The notes beneath the pieces were generated by a model. That model was given only the letters and a program-made list of their open reading frames with translations, was not told the origin of the DNA and did not search any database. This document shows positions 50,562-63,273 of a stretch of DNA of 64,000 bases, in pieces (the first letter of the stretch is position 1; the number at the start of each line of letters is the position of its first letter). Where the stretch lies: contig OX638150.1 of assembly GCA_951804945.1 (NCBI GenBank), positions 82,088,001 to 82,152,000 on the forward strand, in the 5' to 3' direction. Made by a program: the position numbers and the translations under genes. This DNA is from Podarcis cretensis (Eukaryota).

Positions 50562-50672
50562 ATGGTCTTGCATTTGTAACATTGATGATCCATGCTCTGA
50601 AATCTCTGTATTTTCCGTCTTTGTGGGATTTGCACTTGGTTGTGTCCAACTAATGAGGTCACTCTTCTGATT
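50562..50672 (-). CDS. DCP1A: DCP1A exon 6 (NQKSDLISWTQPSANPTKTENTEISEHGSSMLQMQDH)
   Basis: TAG acceptor, GTATG donor, 111 nt, phase 0/0, open; divergent but begins NQ and ends QD as expected at this position. Confidence 0.85.
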
Positions 50673-53600
50673 CTAGAAAATAAAATGCATTATTGTTTTT
50701 AATTCCCACTCAGACGTGTTCATTTTCCGCACCCCTCTATAAACATCCCCGGAAGATCTTTTCCTCATCTGCTCTTCTTCTCTCTGAACTTTATGCTTTT
50801 CACAACATACTATCTATTCAATATTGTGGTTATCGCATTGCACAATCCTATGATAGTTCTGCCAGTGTCATGCTAAAGGCACAACTTGATCAGAAGCTGA
50901 TTAAACATCATGGCCAGCATCACCCAGCTTCAACCCAAACAGTTCTCCCAGCTGTTGTCAGCTAGACACGAATGCATGACTCAGGCCATTTGGGTCACCC
51001 AAATGAATGGAGAAGATACAGAATGTCTACGCAACAGAGTTTTTAAACATCTCTTACAGCTATACAACCGGGTGCACATCCTCTAAAAGGGTAGATGTGC
51101 TTACACTTGTGAAAATACACACCAAGGTGTACACAGAACAATTATAAAATTAGCTAGAACAGTCATGAGTCCAGCATGTTTCCAGGCATTAGGCAAATGT
51201 ACTAACAGCACTAAAATAAAGTGATGATTCAGCTTCATGGTTCAAGAGACCTGCCAGTTTAAATCTTTTGAGTGTGCCATTTATGATGCAGTCAACAGAG
51301 CTGAAGTTGACAGTCTTTGCTGCTGTTGGAGAAAAAATTCAGTCGATATATTACCTTACGCAAAGTTTCCCCCCAAGTATAAGCTTCTAGCTTCATGAGC
51401 TGACCATCAACACAAGGAAGTTAAGCCGACTGTAGCAAGCTGCAAACATGGCCAGCAATGGAAACCTGCCACATCACTACAACTTTGCATAAATATGTAA
51501 AGATTTACTTTATCTTACAGATTTAAAATTCATAAAATAGATTGACAATACCCCGTCTGCCGTGTCTCTGCCTCCCCCCCCCCAATTTCCTGCACTTTTA
51601 GTGTGGCTAACATTTTGGTAAGGAATTTAAGCCCAATTTCATTGTTTATAAACGCAATCCCAAAGTATCGTTGCTTGTTTAAGGCCAGGTTACAAAAAGT
51701 GTTATAATCTTTCTGAAGAGGGAGGGGGAAAGTAAGCTATTTAAAAAAAAGAATCCACCCACTAACCAAACTCATTCATTTTCACATACGGACTGGATGC
51801 AGAGAGTACATGAAAGATTAAGCTGGTTTAGAATCCTATATTAAATCACTCAGGCAGTTACAAAGCTCTTTTCTCACTCCTGGCTACCCATTCTCATGCC
51901 GACTCTCTGCCCATCACATGTGGGCTGCACAGCAGGATTATTTTATGATCCATCTGGACTGTACTAGGCAGATTTTTCTATAAAATGCAAATTCATCTAT
52001 AATTATTATAGACTCAAGATAATTGGCAAGGAATTAGTAAGAGGAATGACATAAACACATACACATGCTTGAAAAAGCATGCAATTAAAAGAATTAGGAG
52101 CAATAATGTGTAAGACACATGACACAGCAACAGAAAGAACCCACAACTAAACAACATAAAACACTAATTCAATTTATACCAAGAGTTTATTTCTAAAGCT
52201 TCCCTCTCATTTCTTTCATTAAACAGGTACTTTACAGATCTGCATATTTAGAAGCATCACCTCTGAAAACCAAATTGGATAGCTGTGGTTTAGGGCACAT
52301 TTCAATAGCTGGAGGAGTTATGCAAAGTATGTGCAAGAATGTGGAGTCAGAGTCCCTGCCTCCCACAGATGGAAGAGGCAGCATTATAATGAATTCAACC
52401 TGCCCTGAGTGTACAGAATGGTGTATACATTTAATCAAGTGATTCAATTCAGGCTGTCCAAGCTATTCATATTAGACCCCAAGAGAAAAGAGGGCATGCA
52501 GATTTAGACAGAAAGTTAGCTTACAATGACGTTTACAAGACAGACAAGTAGACACATTTTCCAGAATGGTTCACATGATTAAGATTGCCAAATTATTTCT
52601 GGGCTTCTCCTTTGTCTTTAACAGCATGGAAAGCAGAAAATTAGGAGGTGAAGGTATTCTTTATTCCATTATGTAGATACAGTAATAATAATGTTAATGT
52701 CTCAATGTTGTTGAATTGTGTTGAGAAATCCCATGAACAGCGTTGTGGCCACAAAACATTCCACACATGAAGAGAGGGAGGGGGGAGTATTTTCAATGAC
52801 CTCTCCTTCCTCCCGTCACTCCCTGAAAGGTGTACTCTAGCACTAGGGGACCCTTCAGAAAAGTGTGGCAGGTGGTGAATAAGGCTTCATGGGAAAATTG
52901 CCATAAGTCATCTTCTCATCCATGAATGGGAACTCCTGGTGGATCCAAGCCTCTTTCAAAAAATGGAAGGAGATACTCTGGACCCAACTCATTGAAACTG
53001 CTCCTTTTCTTAATTTATTCTACTCCACCACCTTAAAAAAATCAAAATCAATGAGTACTTGCTAATTCTCTCGTCTCTTATTACCTCTAGTCCTACCTGA
53101 TTCATTTATCATCTCTCCTTGAGTAGGGAGGGAACAAGATGGGTGGGGGCTGCAAGTAGATGAGACGTACACGGTGCACATGTTCTGAAGGACTGGACAC
53201 CCCACCCCAGGCGAGTTGGAGGGATGGTGGGGAGACTGCCATAGTTAATAGAACCTAGGCAGTAATGGATGTGTGGTTGCAATGCAATTAAGAAGGCACA
53301 GGGTGAGCTAGACAACTCTACATTATATAGATAGATTACTACCGAAGGTGAAGGTTGGGAAGGCATTAAACTTAGAACGAAGAAATTTAAACTGATCAGA
53401 TGTAAAATACTAAGGCGAAACCATATTTGCATGTTTAACTCACATAACTATGCCCCTTCTCCCAAATAAAACAGAAGCTTGAGGAAAAAATCTCTCTCTC
53501 TCATTGTTTCTCCTTATAAGTTTTCCGTCAATACTGTCAGAGCCAAGACAGATTATGTCGCCATTATTTTATAAACCATGACAGGCTACTGTTTTCGTTT

Positions 53601-54279
53601 TTAAAAGGTACAGCAACTTATTCTAGCTTGGATAAACACCAATGTGTCTAAAATTGGTATTCCAGGATAGATGAAAGCCCTTAGCCATTTGCTTCATGAT
53701 TCAACATGCCCTGAGGCACTGTAATATTGCCATGCACTGCCTATGATGATTCACTGCTCACTCTTTCTCCTTCAGCAAGTTTGGGTAAGGAGAAAGAAAA
53801 CAGACTGTATTATAGTACTGAAAACTGTAAGGAAAGTTTCTAGAGTGTGAAGTTGTGCTAGGGGGATACTAAAATACAGGCAACTTTGTTGTTGCCCAAT
53901 TTTCCAGGACTTTTAGTAATATAATCAAGTTTGCACAGAAGGAACGTGAACCTTGAGTAATAGTATGCAATACCTCCATTGACATTTATCTCAGCTTCCA
54001 GAAAGGCAGCCATTTGAGACTGAAATTAAATTTCAAAAGCCTATTTATGTACAGTGACACACAAAAATTACATTAATGGAAATCCAGTTATTCTCAGAAA
54101 AACAAGGCAGGAAAGCCCCGTTTTGCCAGTGCTTACTATTAGAAAAAGAAAAGAGAATGAATGGAAATCCTTGAGGGATAACCATCCAACAGCAAAGGTA
54201 CACCAAGTTTATTTTGGCTCCCACTAAAATATGTAATGCAAGCCTGACCTCTGATTTCTAATACAGATACTTTCCTTAC

Positions 54280-54403
54280 CTGTTCATATTCAACCTTAGC
54301 TTTGCTAAGCATCTCTAGGATATCAGTGCATCCATTAATCCTGCTGACACTTCTTCTGTCCTGGAACAGCAGCTGGGATCTCTGAGCTTCTTCTTGCACT
54401 ACT
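54280..54403 (-). CDS. DCP1A: DCP1A exon 5 (VVQEEAQRSQ...DILEMLSKAKVEYEQ), helical leucine-rich motif I
   Basis: TAG acceptor, GTAAG donor, 124 nt; DILEMLS motif. Confidence 0.95.
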
Positions 54404-55994
54404 CTATGATAGAGGGGGAAAACAGCATATGATTAGATTTTATTAAAAATGTACAGCAAAACACACCATTCACTATAGAAGCAGTTTGTTTCATATTTTG
54501 AACTGAATACATGCTGCATGAATTTTGTGCACATCTTAACCCCAACAGAGCTATACGTTCTAAACCTGAATTTTATAATTTCAATTCATTGCTGGTTTCT
54601 ACTTCCCAAAACTGGCAGGGTTTTGTAAGTGGTTATGTATAGCATTTAGATAACCTAACAGTAAAGCCATGTAAATGGGAGCAAGTAATACTGTAAACCA
54701 ACACCTATGATTCCACTGATTATGACCAAGTTAGGCCATTTTCAAGGTAGTAGAAGGAGTAAATGTACTTTCTTAAAAAAAAGCAGATCACTTACACAAA
54801 CAGAAAGCTTTCATGGATTTGAAGGAATTTTGAATTTGGGCTACTTGTAAATGTGCTCAGTCACCAAGACTCCCCAGTTCACTTTTCATGTGAACATTTC
54901 CCACTTTTGTAGACATGTACAATATATACAGTGCGAAATACAGAAGCAGCCCATCAAAAAACAACACCAGGAAATTCCTCTATAAAATCCTTTATTAGCC
55001 ACTACTCCAAAAATGTTTTATTGTCAAACAATAGAGCCCAGTTTATAATGACATTTTTTGGCACAAATTATCACAGGAAGCTCTAAGTGCATTATGGGAA
55101 TAGCCTGATTCTCATCAGCTGGATGGCATGTTTGTGTGCAAAATTCTGTATAAGAAAGAATAAGATTAGAGGGAAAGAAATACAAATGATATAGTCTAGT
55201 CACTGAGAGGTATGTCTGATCCCTTCATGGCCTATTTTCAAGTGCACACTTACAGACTATTTTATTTCAACTTGCATTTTTAGTCAGAGCCTTTAAAGGT
55301 TTGTTTTGCTTCTGTTTTGCAATATACTGTGCAAGTGGATTATATTGTCACATTTATTTTGTTTTAAATGTAACTTTCAGTCTACATATGCATAGAAAGA
55401 TGGGATATCAATTTTGTGTGTGTGTGTGTTTTTAAAGGAGACTATTATTTTACCATAACCTCTCTCACTGGTCCAGAGCAGGAACATTGCTAGAAATTTA
55501 AAGGATCAGGGCACAAGCCCATGACCCAAATATGCATTACATAGGAGCCATCTCCAGGGGGCCGTGGGCTCCCACAGTAACGACTTGTGGAGGCTGAGCC
55601 ACCTCAAAGTCAATGAGAAAAGCCAGCAGGCAGCAGTGGTGCTGCCTCTGAGGGAGAGAAGCAGTTCAGCTCCGTCCTTGCAGCCAGTGAGCAAGGCATC
55701 CTTTTCCAGGGCGTGGAGCTTGGACGTGGAGGCAGAGTCTCTCTGCCTCCGAGTCTGAGCCTCTCCCCACAGAAAACAGTGCACCGCTAGCTGCGGAGAG
55801 GAGGAATAAGAGAAGCCACCACCGCCGCAACATGGACATGTGATGTCACACACACACGCCTGCATGTAGTGTGTGTGACGCTGCACGCCCGTGTTGCAGC
55901 GGCAGGCACCCACAATCCCGAGGACGAGATGACACCCCTGATGCATAATATTTGGAGATGCTAATTTACAAATGTAGATGCCTCTCAGAAGTTG

Positions 55995-56257
55995 AGCCCA
56001 AAACTGCACTATACATTTAATATAGTATCATACCACATAGCCATGGCTTCCCCCCAAAGGATCCTGGGAACCATAGCAGTGTAGCAATCACTCCCTCTTT
56101 CCAGGGAACTTTGGGAATTGTAGCTGAGTAATGGAAAATAGAGGTCTTCTAACAAATCTCTACACCCTTAACTACAGTCCTCTGGATTCTTGAGGGAACT
56201 CATGGCTATTTAAATTGGTATGAGAATGCTTTAAAAATGTATAATGCAGATGTGGCT
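55995..56257. mobile_element. Palindromic MITE (Harbinger-like squamate repeat)
   Basis: Inverted arms ctgcactatacatttaa...cataccac...gccatgg / catggctatttaaattggtatg...aaatgtataatgcag. Confidence 0.6.
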
Positions 56258-57329
56258 TAAGATGATGGGTGGCTGGGTATCAACACCACTCTGCTTCAGA
56301 GGGCATCCAATCAACCTATAAAAAAAGCTTCCTTCAATAAAGCTTTTAAAATGGGAGGGAAAGGGGCAGGAAATCTAGGCTCTGGCTCAGAATAGCCAGT
56401 GCTTGGTCCCTACTTGGTAGCCTGCTAAAAACTTAATGGTCCACTTCAAAGCCGCCTGATTTAACACACAGTAACCTTCAATGAGATGGAGTTGTGATTT
56501 TTTAAAAAAATCTAGTCTCCTGCAGTGAGAGTAGATTTGATTATTAAGAACAGGAAATGCCATGTCAAAAGCATCAGGCTATATTACAGGCAGCTGATGG
56601 AAAAGCCAAAAGTTGATATCACAACAATCACAGAATATGTCAATCACACCATATCTTCTCTTCATGAAAGGATGCTAGGGCAAGTTAACTCCCAATAGCT
56701 TACTCCATCATTACATTAATGTTTCCCCAGTCTAGAATGAAAAACTCACAGAAACAGAAGATCATAAATACCATTAAATTCCCTGGAGAAGGTTGAGAGT
56801 GGTCCATTCTCTGAGCTCTAAAGTATTTGCTGATGCAGCTATTTGATGCCAAATAAATGTGGTTTGTCCTCCAAGACATGACATTACTATAGGTAATATA
56901 GAGGGCATGCTGGGCACATGCTGCGATAAAGCCACCAAATTACACAACAAGAAGAGAGGCAAACCTTCGCTAATTGGCACAGACGATCTTAATTTGCATG
57001 ATTCAGATCTGAGAATTTGGATTCTGTATCACTGGATGAATGCAGATGTAATGCTCCTAACATTGTAACTACGGTTAAAAAACTGGTAGCCATGGGATCG
57101 TGTGCTACTTGGTATAAATCCCTCTCTCTCCAGCACAAATCTAATCCCCACTCTTATCCATTGGTTTGACCAGAAATCGAACCCAGCATTGGGTTGCAGA
57201 ATCAGTAGTGTTACGTACAGTGATCCACTGCAACTCCTCACTCATTTTGAGCAACGGATCGCACCCGTTCAATAATTCTGTTACTTTACAATTATAAAAA
57301 TGAGCCAGTTTATGATAAATTCTTGACCA

Positions 57330-57650
57330 AAGAATTGTCCTGCTGGACCTGGCCCAGGGCCTATCAGGTTCAGTATTCTGTTTTCACAGTGGCTAACCAG
57401 GTGTCTACAGAAAGCCCCCAAGCAGGACACAGGGGCAACAGTGCTCTCTTGACTGTGATCCCCAGCAATAGGCTTTGTCTAGTCTGAATCTGTATTGAAT
57501 TGTTTTATTCACTTGCTGTTTGCCATACTGGGCTTCTTTCGGAAGAAATGGGGGAGGGGAAAGTTAATTAAACAAATTAATCCACCCATCAAATAAGCTA
57601 GTATTCAGAGGCATTTAGTGTCCGATACTGGAGGTACCAGGGCTATCTGA
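57330..57650 (-). mobile_element. Degenerate CR1-type 3'UTR fragment (related pieces at ~15500-15570 and ~21460-21560)
   Basis: Reverse-complement similarity to 16080-16235. Confidence 0.5.
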
Positions 57651-57956
57651 TATAGCATTATCCTCGAGATATTTTGACTTCTGTTCTGCTCATGTATAAA
57701 CTTTGCATGCACTATAAGAGAGCTCATATCACATTGCCTGGGTGCTAAGACATAGTTTGGCTTAGAATTGCATGCAAACAGGGAAAGTAAATGGCTTTTA
57801 TTCTAAGCACAAAATTAAGCAGTACATTACAAACTAAGCTAACATGAATTTTTACTGACGGCACAAATATTGGCAAAGATACATGGTTTTATAGGAAATG
57901 CTATAAAATGCAAACTAGAAATAACACAAAGTTGTTTAAAAAAATGAGATACTTAC

Positions 57957-58023
57957 TTTGCCATGAGTTTTGCTATTCGGTGACAGTCATTCTTGTCATA
58001 GAACCAGATACTGTAAATTGACA
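57957..58023 (-). CDS. DCP1A: DCP1A exon 4 (LSIYSIWFYDKNDCHRIAKLMAK)
   Basis: AAG acceptor, GTAAG donor, 67 nt, frame continuous. Confidence 0.96.
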
Positions 58024-58057
58024 CTTGAGGAAGGTATTTAAAAAAAGACAGTTAATA

Positions 58058-58098
<41 letters not shown>
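58058..58098. repeat. (TAT)n microsatellite
   Basis: Direct reading. Confidence 0.95.
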
Positions 58099-58101
<3 letters not shown>

Positions 58102-59504
58102 CATTTTGATTACAGAGTATCTTCAAATAGAAAACAGCAGGATGCATAGATTACAAATTCTGTACTTAAAATGATTTATGCACATATAAGCAGTACTACT
58201 GGGTAATTTCAAATATTCATGGAAACAGGGGCAGCAAATAATAAAACAGATGTTAGGTTATGGTGTTACACTTGCTAGTGAACAATTTAATATGTACAAC
58301 CATATTGAAAACAAACATCTTGTTCCCAGGCAAAAGCTTTAATCTTAGGCCAAAAAAAGGTTACATGTAAAAAGCTCCTGATCTGACAGGTTAAATTACA
58401 GGCAGGTCAGATAAAATGAGCACTTAAGACTAGTGCAGAACCCAAAGACTAGTGCAGAACCCAAACATAACATTCAGTCCAGTTATATGTGTTTGATAAT
58501 TATGAACCATTCACTTAGAAGTCAGTAGCAGCTTAAATTAGACTTTGGATTTAACGTTATAAATTCTGTATAAGCGTTAAATACATTTAAAAATGTTTAT
58601 TTCACTTTCTGCCCTGGGAGTGAAAAAGAAAAGGTCTAAACTAAAGGAACCAGAAATCTGTCAGACTGCATGAGTCTTTCCTTTTCCTTCACTCTGTACT
58701 TCTAGCCTTTCATCTGACACACATATACAGAGTCCTTTCTGTGTCACCTTCCTGGCTATAAACCTTCATTCTATTCTTGCATAGTAAAAAGGATCTAGCA
58801 AGAAGGAAACTCAAGGTCAGGAGGCAAGGCAGCCAGAGGAAGAGAGACAAAGTGAGTAACGGGCTAAATAACAGAGTCCCAAGAGAGGATGGGTAAAGGA
58901 AGCAAAGGATATGAAGCAGAATAAACAAAGGAAAAGGCACTCTTAAGAAAACCATCGCATGGGAACAGGAAGAAGAGTAGCTCTGCTACTTGGGTAGAGA
59001 CAAAATGAAGATGCAGGATGAGTGATGCCCAGTTTAGTAATCTGATTTGAAATAACTGTGGACTCTAAAAAAGATATAATATACTACAGATAATTTATAT
59101 AATAGAACAGGTTCAGGGAACTGGATCAAGTTAGCAGGCCCATAATTCCATGGAACAGGAAACATGTGGCCTTGTATTCACACAAAACACTAAACCATAG
59201 TTAAGAAAAATTGGGATTCAGTAACAAACAGATTCTTAAATAAAAATGGGGAGATGTGATGCCATTAAGCATTGTGAAATATTAAATCTTTGAAAGCAGG
59301 TGACTATTGCAATGCAAAACGATCTTTTAAGAAAACTGGTTCATAGCTATGTCCTAAACAAAAAAATAATAATAATACTCAGTTAGAAAGTACTTCTGAA
59401 CCCACTGCTGTCGCTTTAGGTTCAGGTGGCCTCAGTGGGACAGAGTGCCTTCTATCAGCTTTGGCTGGTAGACCTATCTGCACCCCTATCTGGATATGCC
59501 CAAC

Positions 59505-60045
59505 TTATGTCATCTAGGCTCTGGTAACCTCTAGGTTAGATTACTGCAACACAATTATATATGTAAGTCTGTCTTTCAAGACAGTTTGGAAAGTTCAGCT
59601 GCTGCAGAGTTCAATGACCAGGTTGCTCACTGGGGCAAGACAATTTGAGCATATTACACCGATCCTGGTCCAACTGCAGTGGCTGCCAATCAGTTTCCAG
59701 GCCCAGTTCAAAGTGATGGTTTTCACCTATAAATCCTTAAATGGCTCAGGACCACCATCTCATATGAAGCCCTTCTTCATGTGTCTCCTCCACGAGAGGT
59801 CCAGAAGGTGGGAACATGAAAATGGGCCTTTTCTGTGGTGGCTTGCCGTTACATATCTTGAGGTGCCAGGCAAAAACATTCCCCTTCTCCCAGGCCTTTG
59901 GCTAATTAACAATCTCTGCCATTTTAAAGTATGTGGGGTGGGTGGGTACAGTACTGGTTTTGTTTGTTATTATGTTTGTTATTATGGTATGTACTATTGG
60001 AAACTGCCCTGTGAGGAGGGCAGTATAGAAATTTAATAAATCATA
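59505..60045 (+). mobile_element. L2 LINE 3' fragment
   Basis: ALVTSRLDYCN and RLLTGARQFEHITPILVQLQWLPISFQAQFKVMVFTYKSLNGSGP, typical L2 ORF2 C-terminus; AAT-rich tail. Confidence 0.88.
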
Positions 60046-60051
60046 ATAATA

Positions 60052-60344
60052 CAGTGGTACTGTAACCTTATTGGAGTTCACCGACTGGGTCTGCGTTGCT
60101 CCGGGACAGTACCTCGGTTTAAGAACAGTCCTGTTTACGAATGATTTGGTTTATGAACTCTGCAAAACCAGAAGTAGTGTCCTGGTTTGCGAACTTTACC
60201 TCGGTCTAAGAACGGAATCCGAATGGTGGAAGGCCACCGGCGGCGGGAGGCCTCATTAGGGAAAGTGAGCCTCGGTTTAAGAACGGTTTCGGTTTAAGAA
60301 CAGACTTCCGGAACAGATTAAGTTCATAAACTGAGGTACCACTG
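60052..60344. mobile_element. Tc1/mariner MITE with a 48-bp insertion in its left TIR
   Basis: CAGTGGTAC[insert]CTCGGTTTA ... TAAACTGAGGTACCACTG, TA TSDs. Confidence 0.85.
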
Positions 60345-60498
60345 TAAATACAAGCGACATTTTCTCACAAACATTTTCTAACTCAAGGGAAAACTTGTAA
60401 GACTAATAATATGAGCTGAATTCATTGCAAAGTAGCAACAACTACCAACTGTAATATAACTTATAAAAGACAGGGTGTAACAATTCAAGGTTTTAAAG

Positions 60499-60745
60499 CA
60501 TGGGTAGGCAAACTAAGGCCCAGGGGCCAGATCCGGCCCAATTGCCTTCTAAATCCAGCCCGTGGATGGTCCAGGAACCAGCGTGTTTTTACATGAGTAG
60601 AATGTGTCCTTTTATTTAAAATGCATTTCTGGATTATTTGTGGGGCATAGGAATTCTTTCACCCCCCCCCAAAAAAAATATATAGTCCGGCCCCCCACAA
60701 GGTCTGAAGGACAGTGGCCCTGCTGAAAATGTTTGCTGACCTCTG
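60499..60745. mobile_element. hAT-Charlie-like MITE
   Basis: catgggtaggcaaac...ggccagatccggccc and tttgctgacctctg termini; partial TTAAAG target duplication. Confidence 0.7.
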
Positions 60746-60759
60746 TTAAAGGTTATGCT

Positions 60760-60856
60760 AAGAAAGAAAGAAAGAAAGAAAGAAAGAAAAGGAGGGAGGG
60801 AGGGGAAGGAAGGGAAAGGAAAGCAAAGGAAAGGAGAGGAAAGGAAAGGAGAGAAG
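60760..60856. repeat. (AAAG)n / (GGAA)n polypurine tract
   Basis: Direct reading. Confidence 0.9.
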
Positions 60857-62971
60857 AGTCTTTGATTTAATCTGGAGTTATTAGCACGGTGAAACAAAAC
60901 ATATGTCTAAGAGGATATCGAAGCCAAGTACTAATGGATTTGTCCTGAACAAAGCTAGCTATCGAAGACAGAAAAGAGATAACTGCTTTGCAACAGAACA
61001 CAGAACAAGAAAGTGACTGCTGTTTAACACATTAGCTCATTGCGCCACACTATTCTACATGTTTGGCTGCCCTCAACTTAAACTCCATTATAAACACCCT
61101 AAATGCAATTTTACCATTTCTCTCTACAGAAATAGCAACAGCAGTCCCACTCCTTATCTTTCTTGAGAAGGCAGAGTTAAAGCAGTTACTAAAGATCCAT
61201 TCCCCTTCCCTGATCAAACACATGTCACTCTGACAACACTGCTGATATCCACATGTGGCTGGTCTTCAACTTTCTGTACCCACTTTGATATTTTCACAGC
61301 AACGAAATAAGACTGCCTGGCTACAAAAGTATATTTAGGGAGCAATCTGTTGTTACCACCAAGGTAACAGAGTTTCAAGTACATCCTTCTGGAATTATAT
61401 CTCTGCTGCTGCATTTCAACTGGAAAAAGGACATACAGAGCTCAAAAAAGAAGAAAAGGAACAAGTGCAGGCAATATCTTCATTTGAGAATTCAGAGTTG
61501 TATACCACCACCTATCTTTTAATATTAGCATGGAATTTCGTTCTTTACATCAAGACAGTGACATTAGATACAAAGGAAGAATTGTGAGTGAAACTGATTT
61601 GGAAGCATACTTCTTTAAGACCTTTAGAGGTAAGTTCAAAATTGTTGATTTAAAAACCAAACAAACCCAAGGTTCTGAAATTTTTGATCACATTTGTATC
61701 TATGAATTTATTAAGTGGTTGATGCTTAGATTTTAAGCCTTTTATGGAGAAAGGTACAATTACCAACCCTGTAGGATACTAGAAATGTTTTTACTTGCAG
61801 TCATATTCTTTTTGTCACAGAGTGCTTTATATTGCTTCCCGTTATGCAGTTTGGTAACTACAGCGTATCACTGATGTTACAAACATATTTAATATATTAT
61901 GAATAAAAGATGGGAATTCCATAACGGTCTTCTCTAGAGCTTCTGAAGTTAACTTAGTGACTTTCTCAATACAGATTAAAATAGGTCTTTGGTGACATAC
62001 TGAATAATTAGCATAAGTGATGCTAGCTTTTAAAAAAGATTTAAAGAATAATCCAGCTGTTACTGTTATCAGGAAAAACACAATTTTTCCTAAAACAAAT
62101 AGCTGGAGACCTGCATGCCTTGCTCCCTCAGCTAAAGATACTGTGGTCAAGAGAGGACAGTGATCCAGCAGACTTGCCAAACTGATTCAAAATATCCTGC
62201 TTTTTGAATTTCTCAGGTCCTTGCAAACATTACCTCTGGTGGCAAGAGAATGGTTATGTGACATGTGTTTGATCTCATAGCAAAGCCTTGAATGAAAGGA
62301 AAAAGGGCTGTGCCAAACTAAAGTACCGGTAATTAAATTATGATGTTTGGGGATAATTTGCTTGTGCCCATTTCCTATCTGGAATATAGTTTTAATGAAA
62401 GGTAGGACAGAAATGCTGAAAATAGCAAATACATGCTGTGCTGAATAAGGCCCATCATGTTTGGCACAATTTGCCTCCAGCTGGCTGGAGTGCCAGCCCT
62501 AACTAGCTCTGAGCAGTGGTGACTTGGAGAAGGGCCACAATGCATACTCAAATCTAGCATAGCCTACCCACTGCATGCTGCTTCCTAAGACTTCCTAAGA
62601 CCCCCTGCCTCTCCCCTAACCAAGCATCTGCCCATCTCTGCTAGCCTTTGATATTCCCTACCTCAACACATCAGTTAAGAACCATTATTTGCTACTAGTC
62701 AATCAATTGGAATTATGGAGACAGGTGTTCGAGGACACAAAAAGACCAGAGAGGTGTCGAAACAGAAAGACAGAAGACTATATAACACACTGAATTAACA
62801 CTGTTTATGGATGGAACACAGCTGGAAGAGTGGCACCCCAGAAACTGAACTGGTGTTTAGAGTCTAACTAGCTACTGCCACGTCACACGTATATTACTTT
62901 AATGGCAGAAGTGGTCCAGGGCAGTTCAAAAAGTCTCCTAAATAACAACATTATTCCAAGTTTATACTCAC

Positions 62972-63099
62972 AGTTAGCATTTCTGTACAGAAGAAAGGGC
63001 TCGTGTAGTTGAAACTCCAAGTCTTTGTTTACAGGCTCAACCAAGTTGTGCATATTCAGTCGATTCACAATTGTGAAGCCATGGTAAGGTGATGCAGAC
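62972..63099 (-). CDS. DCP1A: DCP1A exon 3, EVH1 domain (SASPYHGFTIVNRLNMHNLVEPVNKDLEFQLHEPFLLYRNAN); exons 1-2 outside window
   Basis: CAG acceptor, GTGAG donor, 128 nt; NR-loop (NRLN) of Dcp1 EVH1 domain. Confidence 0.97.
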
Positions 63100-63137
63100 C
63101 TGTTATTTCAAGAGAATAACAAAACAACTGTGTAAAT

Positions 63138-63273
63138 CAGTGGTGGCCAAACTTGGCCCTCCAGCTGTTTTGGGACTACAATTCCCATCATCCCTGACCA
63201 CTGTTCCCGTTAGCTAGGGATGATGGGAGTTGTAGTCCAAAAACAGCTGGAGGGCCAAGTTTGGCCACCACTG
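63138..63273. mobile_element. 136-bp palindromic hAT MITE
   Basis: Near-perfect fold-back CAGTGGTGGCCAAACTTGGCCCTCCAGCTGTTTT...; exact 8-bp TSD GTGTAAAT. Confidence 0.92.

Noticed and set aside
55506-56009. 167-aa minus-strand ORF in a GC-richer part of DCP1A intron 4
   Set aside because: No recognisable homology, not needed for the DCP1A frame, probably repeat-derived
58426-58463. Short exact tandem duplications (19 bp here; also 162-199, 20149-20180, 6479-6499, 62581-62600)
   Set aside because: Two-copy slippage duplications with no spacers; not CRISPR-like and no function evident
41540-63099. DCP1B identity
   Set aside because: SASPYHGFTIVNRLNMHNL and FLSTLHEVYLQVLTKN match DCP1A, as does adjacency to TKT
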